From Candidatus Latescibacterota bacterium (GTDB lineage Bacteria > Latescibacterota > UBA2968 > UBA8231): DNA of 64,000 nucleotides. The stretch covers positions 448,001 through 512,000 of the forward strand of contig OZ253462.1 in NCBI GenBank assembly GCA_965261395.1, read 5' to 3'. This document shows, piece by piece, positions 9,879 to 19,802 of the stretch (position 1 is its first letter; each line of letters opens with the position of its first letter). The notes below the pieces were generated by a model. That model ran no database searches and was not told the origin of the DNA. It was given only the letters and a program-made list of their open reading frames with translations. Both the position numbers and the translations under genes were made by a program.

Positions 9879-10539
9879 GGAAGGGCAGGTCCTTTTGCTT
9901 TCGCTGCGCGTGGCCTTTTGCTGCGTGCTGCTGAGCCTGTTGCCGGCCGTGTTGCTGGGCTGGCTGCTGGCCCGGCGGGAGTTTCCGCTCAAGATCGCGC
10001 TCGACGGCCTCTGTCACCTGCCGCTGGTCCTGCCGCCGGTGGTCACCGGCTATCTGCTCTTGTTGCTTTTTGGCCGCCGCGGTGTCTTCGGCCCGGTGCT
10101 CGCCGCGCTCGACCTCCAGTTGGCCTTCGACTGGAAGGGCGCGGTGCTGGCCTCGGCCGTGGTCGGCTTTCCCCTGATGTTGCGCTCCGTGCGCCTCGGG
10201 ATTGAGAGCGTGGACCCGCGCCTAGAACGCGTCGCCCGCACCCTCGGAGCGGGTCCGGTGCGCGCCTTTCTGACCGTGACCCTGCGCCTCGCCGCTCCCG
10301 GCCTGCTGGTCGGCTCGCTGTTGACCTTTGCCCGCTCGTTGGGCGAGTTTGGCGCGACCATCACTTTTGCGGCCAATATTGCCGGACAGACCCGCACCAT
10401 TCCTTCGGCCATTTACACGTATCTCAACCAACCAGACGGAGAAAGCCGCGTCGTCGGGCTAATCGTGGTCTCGGTCGCGCTCTCGCTGCTGGCGCTCGTG
10501 GCCAGCGAGTGGTCGGCCCGTCGCCTGCGCTCGAGTTAG
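9865..10539 (+). CDS. modB: Molybdate ABC transporter permease
   Basis: LPLVLPPVVTGYLLL, FARSLGEFGATITFAANIAGQTRT; GTG start overlapping modA. Confidence 0.93.
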   Translation: MFSAEEGQVLLLSLRVAFCCVLLSLLPAVLLGWLLARREFPLKIALDGLCHLPLVLPPVVTGYLLLLLFGRRGVFGPVLAALDLQLAFDWKGAVLASAVVGFPLMLRSVRLGIESVDPRLERVARTLGAGPVRAFLTVTLRLAAPGLLVGSLLTFARSLGEFGATITFAANIAGQTRTIPSAIYTYLNQPDGESRVVGLIVVSVALSLLALVASEWSARRLRSS

Positions 10540-10541
10540 CA

Positions 10542-11636
10542 ATGCTCCACCTCCGCGCTCAACACCAGCTAGGCCGCTTCGCGCTCGACGTCGATATCGA
10601 GTGCCACCATGCCGTCACCGCCATCTACGGGCCGTCGGGCGCGGGCAAGACCTCGCTGCTCAACCTAGTTGCTGGGCTGGTGCGGCCGGACGCCGGCGAA
10701 ATATCCTTGGACGGCCAAACCCTCTTCTCCTCGACCCAGCGCATCGATCTACCGCCCGAGCACCGCCGCGTCGGCTACGTGTTTCAAGACGACTTGCTCT
10801 TTCCGCACCTGAGCACCGAGGAAAACCTCTGCTATGGCCGCGACCTGCTGCCGGCAGCGGCGCGCCGCTTTGCCTTGGACCAAATCGTCGATTTGCTCGA
10901 AATCGGTCCCCTGCTCAAGCGTCGGCCGGGACACCTGTCCGGCGGCGAGCGCCAGCGCGTTGCCTTGGGCCGTGCCTTGCTCACTTCTCCGCGCCTCCTG
11001 CTGATGGACGAGCCGCTGTCCTCGCTCGATCAGGGACTCAAAAACCGCATCATTCCCTACTTGTGCCACGTCCGTGACGCCCTCCAGATCCCCATTCTCT
11101 ACGTCAGCCACTCGGTCGCCGAGATCCTCGAACTCACCAGCCAAGTCGTCGTCCTCGACCGCGGCCAGGTCGTCGCGCACGGCGACTTTTTCACCATCGC
11201 CGCCCATCCCCGAGTCCTGCCGCTAGTCGAAGAGCACGGCTTTGAAAACGTCCTCGACGTGGAAATCGCAGCGAGCGACGCTGAGCGGGGCGTCTGTGAG
11301 GTCCGGTGCCACGGTCAGCAGCTAAAAATTCCCTACTGCGATCAACCCGTCGGCAGCCGCCTCTTCATCGGCATCCGCGCCGACGACATCGTCCTCGCGC
11401 GCCAGCGCCCCGAAGGGCTGAGCGTGCGCAATGCTTTGCAGGGGACTATCAGCGCAATCGCCGATGTGGGGGGGAAACAGCTCATCTACGTGGATGTCGG
11501 ATGTCGGCTGGCCGCCAAAACCACTCTAGAAGCCATCGAGGAAATGCAACTCAGCATCGGCGATCCGATCTACTGCCTCGTCAAAACCCATTCCATCCGC
11601 TTGGGACCGCAGCTAGGCCGGGCGGACAAGCGTTGA
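10542..11636 (+). CDS. modC: Molybdate ABC transporter ATP-binding protein
   Basis: GPSGAGKT, LSGGERQRVALGRAL, LLMDEP, VSH; C-terminal TOBE-like region. Confidence 0.92.
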   Translation: MLHLRAQHQLGRFALDVDIECHHAVTAIYGPSGAGKTSLLNLVAGLVRPDAGEISLDGQTLFSSTQRIDLPPEHRRVGYVFQDDLLFPHLSTEENLCYGRDLLPAAARRFALDQIVDLLEIGPLLKRRPGHLSGGERQRVALGRALLTSPRLLLMDEPLSSLDQGLKNRIIPYLCHVRDALQIPILYVSHSVAEILELTSQVVVLDRGQVVAHGDFFTIAAHPRVLPLVEEHGFENVLDVEIAASDAERGVCEVRCHGQQLKIPYCDQPVGSRLFIGIRADDIVLARQRPEGLSVRNALQGTISAIADVGGKQLIYVDVGCRLAAKTTLEAIEEMQLSIGDPIYCLVKTHSIRLGPQLGRADKR

Positions 11637-11662
11637 CATGACAAACGCCCGCCTTTTATACT
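11633..11662 (+). promoter_or_regulatory. Sigma70-like promoter
   Basis: TTGACA-N18-TATACT, 55 bp upstream of the ORF at 11718. Confidence 0.6.
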
Positions 11663-11717
11663 CTTTACAAATGAGTACAGACTGGTACCTGAGCACTTCC
11701 AACCTAAGAGACTCGCT

Positions 11718-12395
11718 ATGAATGTCATCACGGTTGCCCGTCAACTCGGCAGCTTTGGCGACTGGATCGCCGAGCAGTTGGCCGCCAAGCTAGACTACGC
11801 ATTTGTCGACCGCCGCCTCGTCGAAGAGATCGCCAGCATCACGGATACCTCGGTCGAAGAGGTCGAGCGCTACGACGAAAAGGGAGAGGGCGGGCTCAAG
11901 TTCTTCCTCAAGAAATTGCTCGTGCCCGAAGTCGCCCCGGGGACTTTCCCCTTATCGGCTGCCGCGTACGCGCCTGAGTTTGGGCTCGAGTTTCCCCACA
12001 TGCGCGACTATGAGGTCGGCGAAGCAACGTACCTCGACCGCGGTACGTACCAGCTACTCATCACGACCCTCGTGCAGGAGTTCGGCCAAGACGGCAAGGC
12101 CGTCATCGTTGGCCGAGCTAGCCAAGTCATCCTCGCCGATCACCCCAAGGCCTGCCACGTCAAGATCATCGCCCCGCTCGAAACGCGGATTGAACGCTTG
12201 ATGCAGAACCGCGGCATGGATCGCGAACAAGCGCATAAACTCATCGAGCAACACGACCAATGGCGACAGAGCTACCTGCGCAACTTCCACAACGCCGACT
12301 GGAACGACCCCCTGCTCTACGACCTGACGATCAACACCGGCAAAATAGACCGAGCCGCCGCTGTCGATCTTCTCGCTGGTTTCTTAGCCGAGTAG
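11718..12395 (+). CDS. Cytidylate kinase-like family protein
   Basis: VITVARQLGSFG, VIVGRA, D..R..Y...F..DWNDPLLYDLTINT. Confidence 0.88.
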   Translation: MNVITVARQLGSFGDWIAEQLAAKLDYAFVDRRLVEEIASITDTSVEEVERYDEKGEGGLKFFLKKLLVPEVAPGTFPLSAAAYAPEFGLEFPHMRDYEVGEATYLDRGTYQLLITTLVQEFGQDGKAVIVGRASQVILADHPKACHVKIIAPLETRIERLMQNRGMDREQAHKLIEQHDQWRQSYLRNFHNADWNDPLLYDLTINTGKIDRAAAVDLLAGFLAE

Positions 12396-12419
12396 GGGCG
12401 ACCGGCCGGTCGCCCCTAC
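12392..12419. repeat. GTAG-type REP-like perfect palindrome (copy 1)
   Basis: GTAGGGGCGACCGGCCGGTCGCCCCTAC, 28-bp perfect palindrome between convergent genes. Confidence 0.8.
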
Positions 12420-13912
12420 AGATCAAACGAACGCGACACCGGCCGTCCCCGCGCCCCGTGTAAAAACGCGTCGTCCGGGCGTGGCCAGCGCATCGCGTAC
12501 TGCCGGCTGCGCTGGCGGCGGTAGCCAGCATTGTAATAAGTGCTCGCGGCGAGCCAGCGCAGCAGACGGGCCATAAGCTCGTTTTGCAGTTCCTGATGCT
12601 CGGCGCGGCCCCAGAGGTTCCATAGCTCGTGCGGGTCCTGCTCCAAGTCGTATAGCTCGCCCTGATCTTGGCCGATGTAATAGACCATTTTGTGCCGCTG
12701 GCCACGCATCATCACCTGATAGTTGTCCTCGCAGAACACCCACTCGCGCGGAGCAAAACCCGCGTCCGGTGCCTCCAAGTATGGCCGCAGCGAGCGCCCC
12801 TCCAAGTAGCTGGGCACCTCCACGCCAGCCGCTTCTAGGATCGTCGGCCCCAAATCCATCAGCGAAACCAAGTCACCGACCGCATCGCCCTTTTGCATCC
12901 GACGACTGTCGCGCACAATCAGCGGCACGTGTACCACGGGGTCGTACATCAGCCATTTGTACGCCAGCCCGTGATCGCCCAACAGCTCGCCGTGATCCGA
13001 GCAGAAGATCAGCAGGCTATTGTCCAAAAAGCCCCGCGTCTGCAGCGCGTCGAGGACCTCGCCTAGCTTCTCATCCACCGTGGTAATCTTGGCGTAGTAG
13101 TGCCGTCGCATACGAGCGATGTCCTCTTCGCTGGGCGAGTACATGTCGATCGCGGACTCGTGCTCGGTTTCAGCGTGCATTTTTTTCTGCGCCGCGTGCT
13201 GGGGCGGCTTGTCCTCCAACTCGCCCTCACGCATCACGCGCGGGGGCATTGGACGCCCTGCGTACTGCTCCAAATGCCTCGGCAGCGGGTCCCATGGCTC
13301 GTGCGGGCCGGTAAAACCTATCTGCAAGAAAAACGGTTGTTGGCCCTTGTAATCGCGGATCCAAGCAAGGGCGGAGTCGCCGATAAAGACATCCGAGTGA
13401 AAGCGCTCCTCCAAGTGCCAAGGGACACCTTGATATTTCTGTAGCCAATTGGGATCGGTCTTGTTGCGGTCGTTGGGCCGCTCTAAGCCGTGAATCCGCA
13501 GATAGCGGCCCCAATCGTCGTCCGCCCCGCCCGAGTCGAGGTGCTTGCTGGTGGGATTCTCCACGATAACCCGCTCGTGGAAGCCCCCGGCGACATCGCG
13601 TGGAGCAAAGTGCATCTTGCCAATGTTGACGCAGTGATAACCCGCGTCGTTGAGGTCTTGCACCCAATTGCGGTGATCGGCCCAATGGTCGAAGCTGTAC
13701 ACGCCGGTATTGTGTGGGTACATACCCGTGAAGATCGCCGCCCGCGAGGCAATACAGGTCGCGCCCGGGCAAAAGGCATTGCGGAAGGAAAGCCCCTCCG
13801 CGGCCAAGCGGTCCATCGCCGGCGTGATCGCGTAGTCGCAGCCCCAAGCGCCGAGCGTGTCGAAGCGCTGTTGGTCGGTCATAATCAGGATGATATTGGG
13901 TCTTTCAGGCAT
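12416..13912 (-). CDS. Sulfatase (formylglycine-dependent family)
   Basis: PNIILIMTDQQR, CIASRAAIFTG, GKMH, GPHEP, SDHGE, ELYDLEQDPHE. Confidence 0.92.
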   Translation of the reverse strand: MPERPNIILIMTDQQRFDTLGAWGCDYAITPAMDRLAAEGLSFRNAFCPGATCIASRAAIFTGMYPHNTGVYSFDHWADHRNWVQDLNDAGYHCVNIGKMHFAPRDVAGGFHERVIVENPTSKHLDSGGADDDWGRYLRIHGLERPNDRNKTDPNWLQKYQGVPWHLEERFHSDVFIGDSALAWIRDYKGQQPFFLQIGFTGPHEPWDPLPRHLEQYAGRPMPPRVMREGELEDKPPQHAAQKKMHAETEHESAIDMYSPSEEDIARMRRHYYAKITTVDEKLGEVLDALQTRGFLDNSLLIFCSDHGELLGDHGLAYKWLMYDPVVHVPLIVRDSRRMQKGDAVGDLVSLMDLGPTILEAAGVEVPSYLEGRSLRPYLEAPDAGFAPREWVFCEDNYQVMMRGQRHKMVYYIGQDQGELYDLEQDPHELWNLWGRAEHQELQNELMARLLRWLAASTYYNAGYRRQRSRQYAMRWPRPDDAFLHGARGRPVSRSFDL

Positions 13913-16442
13913 TCGGTATCTCCTCTAAGTCAGCTTCGGCGAGCGCCCCCAACAGCGACGGCACGCCAAAAAATACTAAGCTCAACGCGGTCGGATGCAT
14001 GGCCACCGCGCCCCGGTAATCTGGGCGGTCGCTCCAGTCCTGCTGGTCAATCAACTCGGCCAACACCGCGCGCGCCACCTCCAGGTAAGCCCGCTCCCCA
14101 GTCAGCCGCCAAGCGTACGCCAGCGAGCTGCAGAGCACGCCGTGGTAGCTTTGCGCGCAGGCAAACTCGGCGTCAAAGACTCCTTTGCCGCCGCAAAACC
14201 AATCGACAGCTCGCACGAAAACCTCGGCCACATCCGCGCGCGCGGTCATCCTGTGTAGCCGCTCCAGCCCGACCATCAAATAGTGCGTCTGATAGCCCTT
14301 TTGCTCCTCGTAGGGCAAAACCCGCTTTAACGAGCCAAAGCTTCCCCCCAGCGCGAGGTATTCTTCGTCGCTAAACGGGGCCGCCGCGCCCATTTCCACC
14401 GCGAGGGTCGTACCCTCGGTGGCCATGCCGTACGGCCCTTGGTCGGGCAGCTTGCCCTCTGTGGATACCTGAAAGCGCTTGTGCCAGCTACCGTCTTCGT
14501 TTTGGCCGCGAGCCACCGCGTCGTACACCTCGTCGGCGCGGCGCATAAAGCGCGCTTCACCGGTCAGCTCGTACAGGTAGAGCAAGCCCCGCAGCACGTT
14601 GCCGATGGAGCGCAAGCTGAAGCTGTAGCGCGGGTCCTCGCTCCAGCGGTAGCGCAGGAAAAATCCCCCGACCTCGTGCAAGACCTCCCGCGCTCGCTCG
14701 TCGCCGCTCAAGTAGTAGTAGTCCACCCAATTGTCGATGAAGGTGTGCGAAGCGCACGGCTCGTCGCCAAAGTGGTCCATGCTGTGGCGAAAACAGCCGC
14801 CGACCATGTAGGGCCGCAACGGGTGATAGTGGCAGGTATCTACGTCCAGCGAGTGCCGGGTCATGGCCTCGCCGAGCGCGTAGTAGCGCCCCTCGCCCGT
14901 GCGCAAGTACTGCAACCACACGGCGTGGCGCGGATCCCATTCGCTGTTGCACCAACCCCAGCGGCCCTTAAAGCGCCAGCCGCCCGCGCTTTCTTCCCAA
15001 GTGGCCATCACGTCGCCCCAATCGAAAAAACCCTTCCAGCGATAGCGCTCAATGTGCCCTTCCATCCAGGCGACAAAACCCGTCAACATGCGGTCGGCGC
15101 GCGGGAACTCCGCGCCGGTTGCCAAGCCGCCGACTGCCCCACTCTGCGCCACCCACTCCGGCGCGACGCTCACCTGCGGCGGGTGCAAAAGGCCCTGCAA
15201 CCGCTCGCCGTCGGCAGCACCAGCGCGAAAAAAGTCAACGAAAAACTCGCTGCTCTTCGCCGTGCCCGTGCCGTCGGCATAGACCCCTTCGCCCTCGTGC
15301 CAAGCCACCTCCTCGGCATAGCGCTTGAAGCTGAGCCGCCGGCCTTCTGGGTCGCGCCAAAAAAAGATGTCGATGCCTTGCGCACCAACGCCGAGGGCCT
15401 TGGGATACTCCTCGGCCATGTAGCGCAGCGCGACGCCGATGCCGACGCGGTCGTTCTCGGCGCAAATCCAGCCACCGGCCTGCTCGCCCTCAGCCCGCAC
15501 GGTGCGCTCAACGCCCTCGTACTCCTCCCAATAGAAGTGATTGTCCAGCCGCTGCGAGAGCAATGCGTAGCGCTCGGAAACCCAAGGCCCCGCCATGACC
15601 CGATCGACCCCGACGCGCCAAGTTCCGCTGCCTTCGGGCAAGATTGGGACGCGCAAGCCCAGTTCCTCCACTTCGGTCTCACGCGGATTGCAGGTAGCGA
15701 TCACCGTGTGCACTACCCGCACCTGCGCCTGGCCGGCATAGGCGTAGATCCGGGTTGCAAAGCGCAGCGGGCGATAGCCGGCGTAGTGGTGCATGGGCGC
15801 GGTTGACTCGTAGGCCCCTCGGCAGCAAATCACCGCCCGCAAGGGGCCGGCCTCTTCGATCTCGACGGCGTATTCCTCCACGCCTGCTGAGGCCAGACAC
15901 GTGCCCCCCATCCCGTAGATGCGCCGCTGCGTTCCTCCGGCGAACTCGGACTCGGAGATCTTGGCCCAAGCGTCGCCGCCGCCCCGAGGTGCAACTTCTA
16001 CCTCGGAGACAAACGACCCCTCGGCTCGCTGCCCTAGCTCTACTCCGTCAAAAAGCGCGAATGCCTTTTTGCCAATGCCAAAGCGCAGGGGTCCGGTACA
16101 CACCTCAAAGCGATCTTCCTGCTCGGCGATTTCCACGCCGCGGACGCTCGCTGCAACTTTTTGGTCCTTTGTGTATTGCAAGGTGTACACGGCCTCTTGT
16201 CCCGCTTCCACATCGGCCTGAAAATCCACCAAGACCCACTTCGCGCTGCCGTCCGGCCAGCGGCTCAAGACCCGTACCTGCACCGGGACATCCCGGCCCT
16301 GCGCGTCCTGCAAAGACAGGTTTTCCACGCCTGCTACGGCACCTTGGGGCAGGGGAACGCCCCTTGTCAGGGGGTACTTGCGGCGGGTAATGCCCGCAGT
16401 CTCTGCTACTTTTAAGGCAATGCCTTCGTCGAGTATGCTCAC
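13905..16442 (-). CDS. Large carbohydrate-active protein, PcRGLX/YetA exo-lyase-like
   Basis: N-terminal PLTRGVPLPQG...WPDGSAKW; GFFDWGD..., W.NSEWD, HSLDVD, SHTF; AAGGAG RBS before the GTG at 16442. Confidence 0.7.
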   Translation of the reverse strand: MSILDEGIALKVAETAGITRRKYPLTRGVPLPQGAVAGVENLSLQDAQGRDVPVQVRVLSRWPDGSAKWVLVDFQADVEAGQEAVYTLQYTKDQKVAASVRGVEIAEQEDRFEVCTGPLRFGIGKKAFALFDGVELGQRAEGSFVSEVEVAPRGGGDAWAKISESEFAGGTQRRIYGMGGTCLASAGVEEYAVEIEEAGPLRAVICCRGAYESTAPMHHYAGYRPLRFATRIYAYAGQAQVRVVHTVIATCNPRETEVEELGLRVPILPEGSGTWRVGVDRVMAGPWVSERYALLSQRLDNHFYWEEYEGVERTVRAEGEQAGGWICAENDRVGIGVALRYMAEEYPKALGVGAQGIDIFFWRDPEGRRLSFKRYAEEVAWHEGEGVYADGTGTAKSSEFFVDFFRAGAADGERLQGLLHPPQVSVAPEWVAQSGAVGGLATGAEFPRADRMLTGFVAWMEGHIERYRWKGFFDWGDVMATWEESAGGWRFKGRWGWCNSEWDPRHAVWLQYLRTGEGRYYALGEAMTRHSLDVDTCHYHPLRPYMVGGCFRHSMDHFGDEPCASHTFIDNWVDYYYLSGDERAREVLHEVGGFFLRYRWSEDPRYSFSLRSIGNVLRGLLYLYELTGEARFMRRADEVYDAVARGQNEDGSWHKRFQVSTEGKLPDQGPYGMATEGTTLAVEMGAAAPFSDEEYLALGGSFGSLKRVLPYEEQKGYQTHYLMVGLERLHRMTARADVAEVFVRAVDWFCGGKGVFDAEFACAQSYHGVLCSSLAYAWRLTGERAYLEVARAVLAELIDQQDWSDRPDYRGAVAMHPTALSLVFFGVPSLLGALAEADLEEIPNA

Positions 16443-16571
16443 GTGACTTCTCCTTGGCCTCGTCTGTGCGGCGAGGGAAAATAAGCAAGCGACCCACGAC
16501 CCACCAATCCGCATTGACCCACCCCCACGCCCCTCCTATCTTCTCGCTGCCCAAGCAAAAGGAACCGTCCC

Positions 16572-17945
16572 GTGAAACCAGACCAAGACCTGAACGCCCA
16601 AAAGCTCCTTCCAGCAATCCAGCGCTTTTTAGCCCTTACCAGCGTCAAGATCCTCGATCTCGACCGCACCTGGGACCCAAACCACGGCACCCCCGTCTTC
16701 ACCCAGCAGGGGCGTTACACCACCCGAGGCTGGACCGAATGGACCCAAGGCTTCCAATACGGCTGCGCCATACTACAGTACGACATGACCGCCGACGCGC
16801 GCTTTCTCGCGCTCGGCCGCGAGCGCACCATCGCGCACATGGCACCACACGTCTCGCATGTCGGCGTCCACGACCACGGCTTCAACAACCTCTCCACCTA
16901 TGGCAACTTGCGCCGCCTGATGCTCGAAGGCCGCATTCCGCACGATCAGCGCGAGCTAGATTTCTACGAGTTGGCCATCAAGCTGTCGGGTGCCGTGCAA
17001 GCGGCCCGCTGGACCGAGACCGCGTGCGGGACGGGCTTTATCCACTCCTTCAACGGCCCGCATTCGCTCTTTTCCGACACCATGCGCTCGCTGCGCATCT
17101 TGGGGACTGCGCACCAGCTAGGCCACGCGCTGATGGGCGAAGGCGACCAGCGCATCAGCCTGCTCGGCCGCTTGATCGAACACGCCCAGACCAACGCCCG
17201 TTTCAACGTCTATTACGGCGAGGGGCGCGACGCGTTTGACGTGCCCGGTCGCGTGGTCCACGAGTCCATCTTCAACACCCGCGACGGCCAGTACCGCTGC
17301 CCCAGCACCCAGCAGGGCTACACCCCGTTTTCGACTTGGACTCGCGGGCTGTCGTGGGTGCTCGCGGGCTACGCCGAGCAGCTAGAGTATTTCGCCGCGC
17401 TCAGCGAGGCCGACGTCGAGCCTTTCGGCACCAAGGCCGACATCGTGCAAACCATGGAAAAAGCCGCCCTAGCCACCGCTGAATTTCACATCGCCAACAG
17501 CTTTGCCGACGGCGTGCCCTTCTGGGACACCGGCGCACCCGGGGTCGCCTCCTTTGGCGCGATAACCGACAAACCCTCCGACCCGTACAACGACGTCGAG
17601 CCGCTCGACAGCTCGGCCGCGGCCGTCTGCGGCCAAGGGTATTTGCGCTTAGGCAACTACTATTTGTCCAAGGGGGACGCCGCGAGGGGGACGCGCTATC
17701 GCGCCGCGGCTTTCACCATTGCCCGCGCCCTCCTAGAGGAGCCGTACCTCGCCGTCGATCCCCAACACCAAGGCATCACCCTCCACGCGATCTACCACCG
17801 CCCCAATGGCTGGGATTACGTGCCCTCAGGCCGCGCTATCCCGTGCGGCGAGGCGGCCATGTGGGGCGACTACCACGCAATGGAGCTGATGAGCCTGATC
17901 AAACGCGAAGCAGAAAACGCCCCTTATCCCCTCTTCTTCCACTAG
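16572..17945 (+). CDS. Glycoside hydrolase family 88-like (unsaturated glucuronyl hydrolase)
   Basis: WTEWTQGF, HDHGF, DTM, QGY...STWTRG..W, DSSAAA, WGDY motifs. Confidence 0.82.
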   Translation: MKPDQDLNAQKLLPAIQRFLALTSVKILDLDRTWDPNHGTPVFTQQGRYTTRGWTEWTQGFQYGCAILQYDMTADARFLALGRERTIAHMAPHVSHVGVHDHGFNNLSTYGNLRRLMLEGRIPHDQRELDFYELAIKLSGAVQAARWTETACGTGFIHSFNGPHSLFSDTMRSLRILGTAHQLGHALMGEGDQRISLLGRLIEHAQTNARFNVYYGEGRDAFDVPGRVVHESIFNTRDGQYRCPSTQQGYTPFSTWTRGLSWVLAGYAEQLEYFAALSEADVEPFGTKADIVQTMEKAALATAEFHIANSFADGVPFWDTGAPGVASFGAITDKPSDPYNDVEPLDSSAAAVCGQGYLRLGNYYLSKGDAARGTRYRAAAFTIARALLEEPYLAVDPQHQGITLHAIYHRPNGWDYVPSGRAIPCGEAAMWGDYHAMELMSLIKREAENAPYPLFFH

Positions 17946-17956
17946 CGAGGCCCGCC

Positions 17957-19102
17957 GTGAAAATCACCGCCATCACCCCGATCATCGCCCGCTTCGGCAA
18001 CCGCCCCCGCGTCTTGGTCAAAGTCGAGACCGACGAGGGCATCACCGGCTGGGGCGAGACCTACTCCATCGGCCCCGACCTAGCCGTCGGCCCAACCGTC
18101 GATTATTGCTTTGAGCTAATCAAAGGCATCGACCCGCGACGGATCGAGTTCATCATGATGAAACTGCACCAGCAGTTTCGCTTCCCCCCAGGCGGGATCG
18201 GCCTGTCGGCCATCTCCGGCATCGATCACGCACTGTGGGATATCTCCGGCAAAGCCGCGGGCGTCCCGGTCTATCAGCTCTTGGGTGGCCACGCGCGCGA
18301 CCGGGTGCGCGTGTACCGCGGGATCGGCGGCCGCGACGGCAAAGAGGCCGCCGACCAAGCCCGGCGTCTGAACGAGGAATACGGCTTCACTGCCTTCAAA
18401 ACCAGCCCCTATCAGCTCGACCCCGACGCCAACCGCTGGGGCCGAGTCTGCGCCGAGGCGACCAAGTATTTTGAAGAATTGCGCGTCAACTGCCCCGACG
18501 ACTGGGAGTTTGCCTTCGACCCGCACGCCAAGATCTTCGAGCCGATTCGCGCCTTGCAGCTAGCCAACGCCCTCGCACCGTACGATCCTTTTTTCTACGA
18601 AGAGCCTATGCGCCCCGAGCACATTCCGGCGTGGACCAGCCTCAAGTCGCAAATGCAGGTGCCGTTGGCCACCGGCGAGAGCCTCTACGCCCGCTTTGAG
18701 TTCCTCAACCTGATGGCCAACCAAGGTGCCGACATCATCCAACCCGACATCTGCGTCTGCGGCGGCCTACTCGAAATGCGCAAGATCAACGCCATTGCCG
18801 AAGCCCACTACATCAGCATCGCTCCGCACAACCCCATGGGGCCGTTGGCGACTGCGGTCAATCTGCACTTCTGCGCCTCGGCACCGAACTTCAAAATTCT
18901 CGAATACATTCTGCCGACCGAGTCCGAGTGGAACGACTGGGTTGACGAGCCCTATCTGCCCAAAGACGGTTATCTCGAATTGCGGCCGGACCGGCCGGGG
19001 CTAGGCGTCGAGATCAACGAAGAAGCCATTGCCGACAACGAATACATCCATTGGGAACGCTCCAGCCCGATGCGTCCCGATGGCTCGACCGGATACATTT
19101 AA
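17957..19102 (+). CDS. Galactonate dehydratase-like enolase-superfamily enzyme
   Basis: SGIDHALWDISGK, DPH, YEEP, TGE, QPDICVCGG, APHNP. Confidence 0.9.
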   Translation: MKITAITPIIARFGNRPRVLVKVETDEGITGWGETYSIGPDLAVGPTVDYCFELIKGIDPRRIEFIMMKLHQQFRFPPGGIGLSAISGIDHALWDISGKAAGVPVYQLLGGHARDRVRVYRGIGGRDGKEAADQARRLNEEYGFTAFKTSPYQLDPDANRWGRVCAEATKYFEELRVNCPDDWEFAFDPHAKIFEPIRALQLANALAPYDPFFYEEPMRPEHIPAWTSLKSQMQVPLATGESLYARFEFLNLMANQGADIIQPDICVCGGLLEMRKINAIAEAHYISIAPHNPMGPLATAVNLHFCASAPNFKILEYILPTESEWNDWVDEPYLPKDGYLELRPDRPGLGVEINEEAIADNEYIHWERSSPMRPDGSTGYI

Positions 19103-19641
19103 TGCTCAGCCGCGACCACACCGCGCTCGTCCTCATTGACATTCAGGGCAAGCTGGCCTCGCTGATGCACGAGCGCGAGGCGCTCTACCGCCAGCTACAG
19201 ATTCTCGTCAAGGGCGCGCAGGTCTTGGAGCTACCCATTCTATGGCTGGAGCAATATCCCCAAGGGCTTGGCCCCACCATTCCCGAGGTCGCCGACCTGC
19301 TCTCCAGCCAAGAGCCACTGGTCAAGACCTGCTTTAGCGCCTGCGGCCTCAGCGCTTTCCAAACCCAACTGCGCCAGAGCGGCCGACGCCAAATTCTCTT
19401 GGCCGGGATCGAAAGCCACATCTGCGTCTATCAGACTGCCCGCGATTTGTTGGACTCAGGCTACCAAGTCGAAGTCGTCGCCGACGCCGTCGCCTCGCGC
19501 ACCGCCGAGAACAAGGCGTTGGGGCTGCAAAAAATGGCGTCCGCTGGCGCGCAGATCACGGTGGTGGAAATGTGTCTCTTTGAATTGCTACGGGAGGCGG
19601 GGACGGCGGAGTTCAAGCAAATTGCCGCATTGGTCAAGTGA
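19102..19641 (+). CDS. Isochorismatase-family hydrolase
   Basis: LIDIQGKL, EQYPQGLGPT, KTCFS, GIESHICVYQT. Confidence 0.9.
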   Translation: MLSRDHTALVLIDIQGKLASLMHEREALYRQLQILVKGAQVLELPILWLEQYPQGLGPTIPEVADLLSSQEPLVKTCFSACGLSAFQTQLRQSGRRQILLAGIESHICVYQTARDLLDSGYQVEVVADAVASRTAENKALGLQKMASAGAQITVVEMCLFELLREAGTAEFKQIAALVK

Positions 19642-19802
19642 GGAGTGTTGTTGCCTCTGAGGAACAGCGTTGTTCCTACAAGGCAACAGCACGGCGCATA
19701 CAGCACATACTTCTACCAGAGGGAACGGACGGCTGCCTAAGCGTGGTCTGCTTTTTGCATGTAGGGGGCGAGCGCTTACATTTACCAATGGAGGAACTTC
19801 TG

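Noticed and set aside
14439-15806. 455-aa plus-strand ORF
   Set aside because: Antisense shadow of the lyase-like gene; no motifs.
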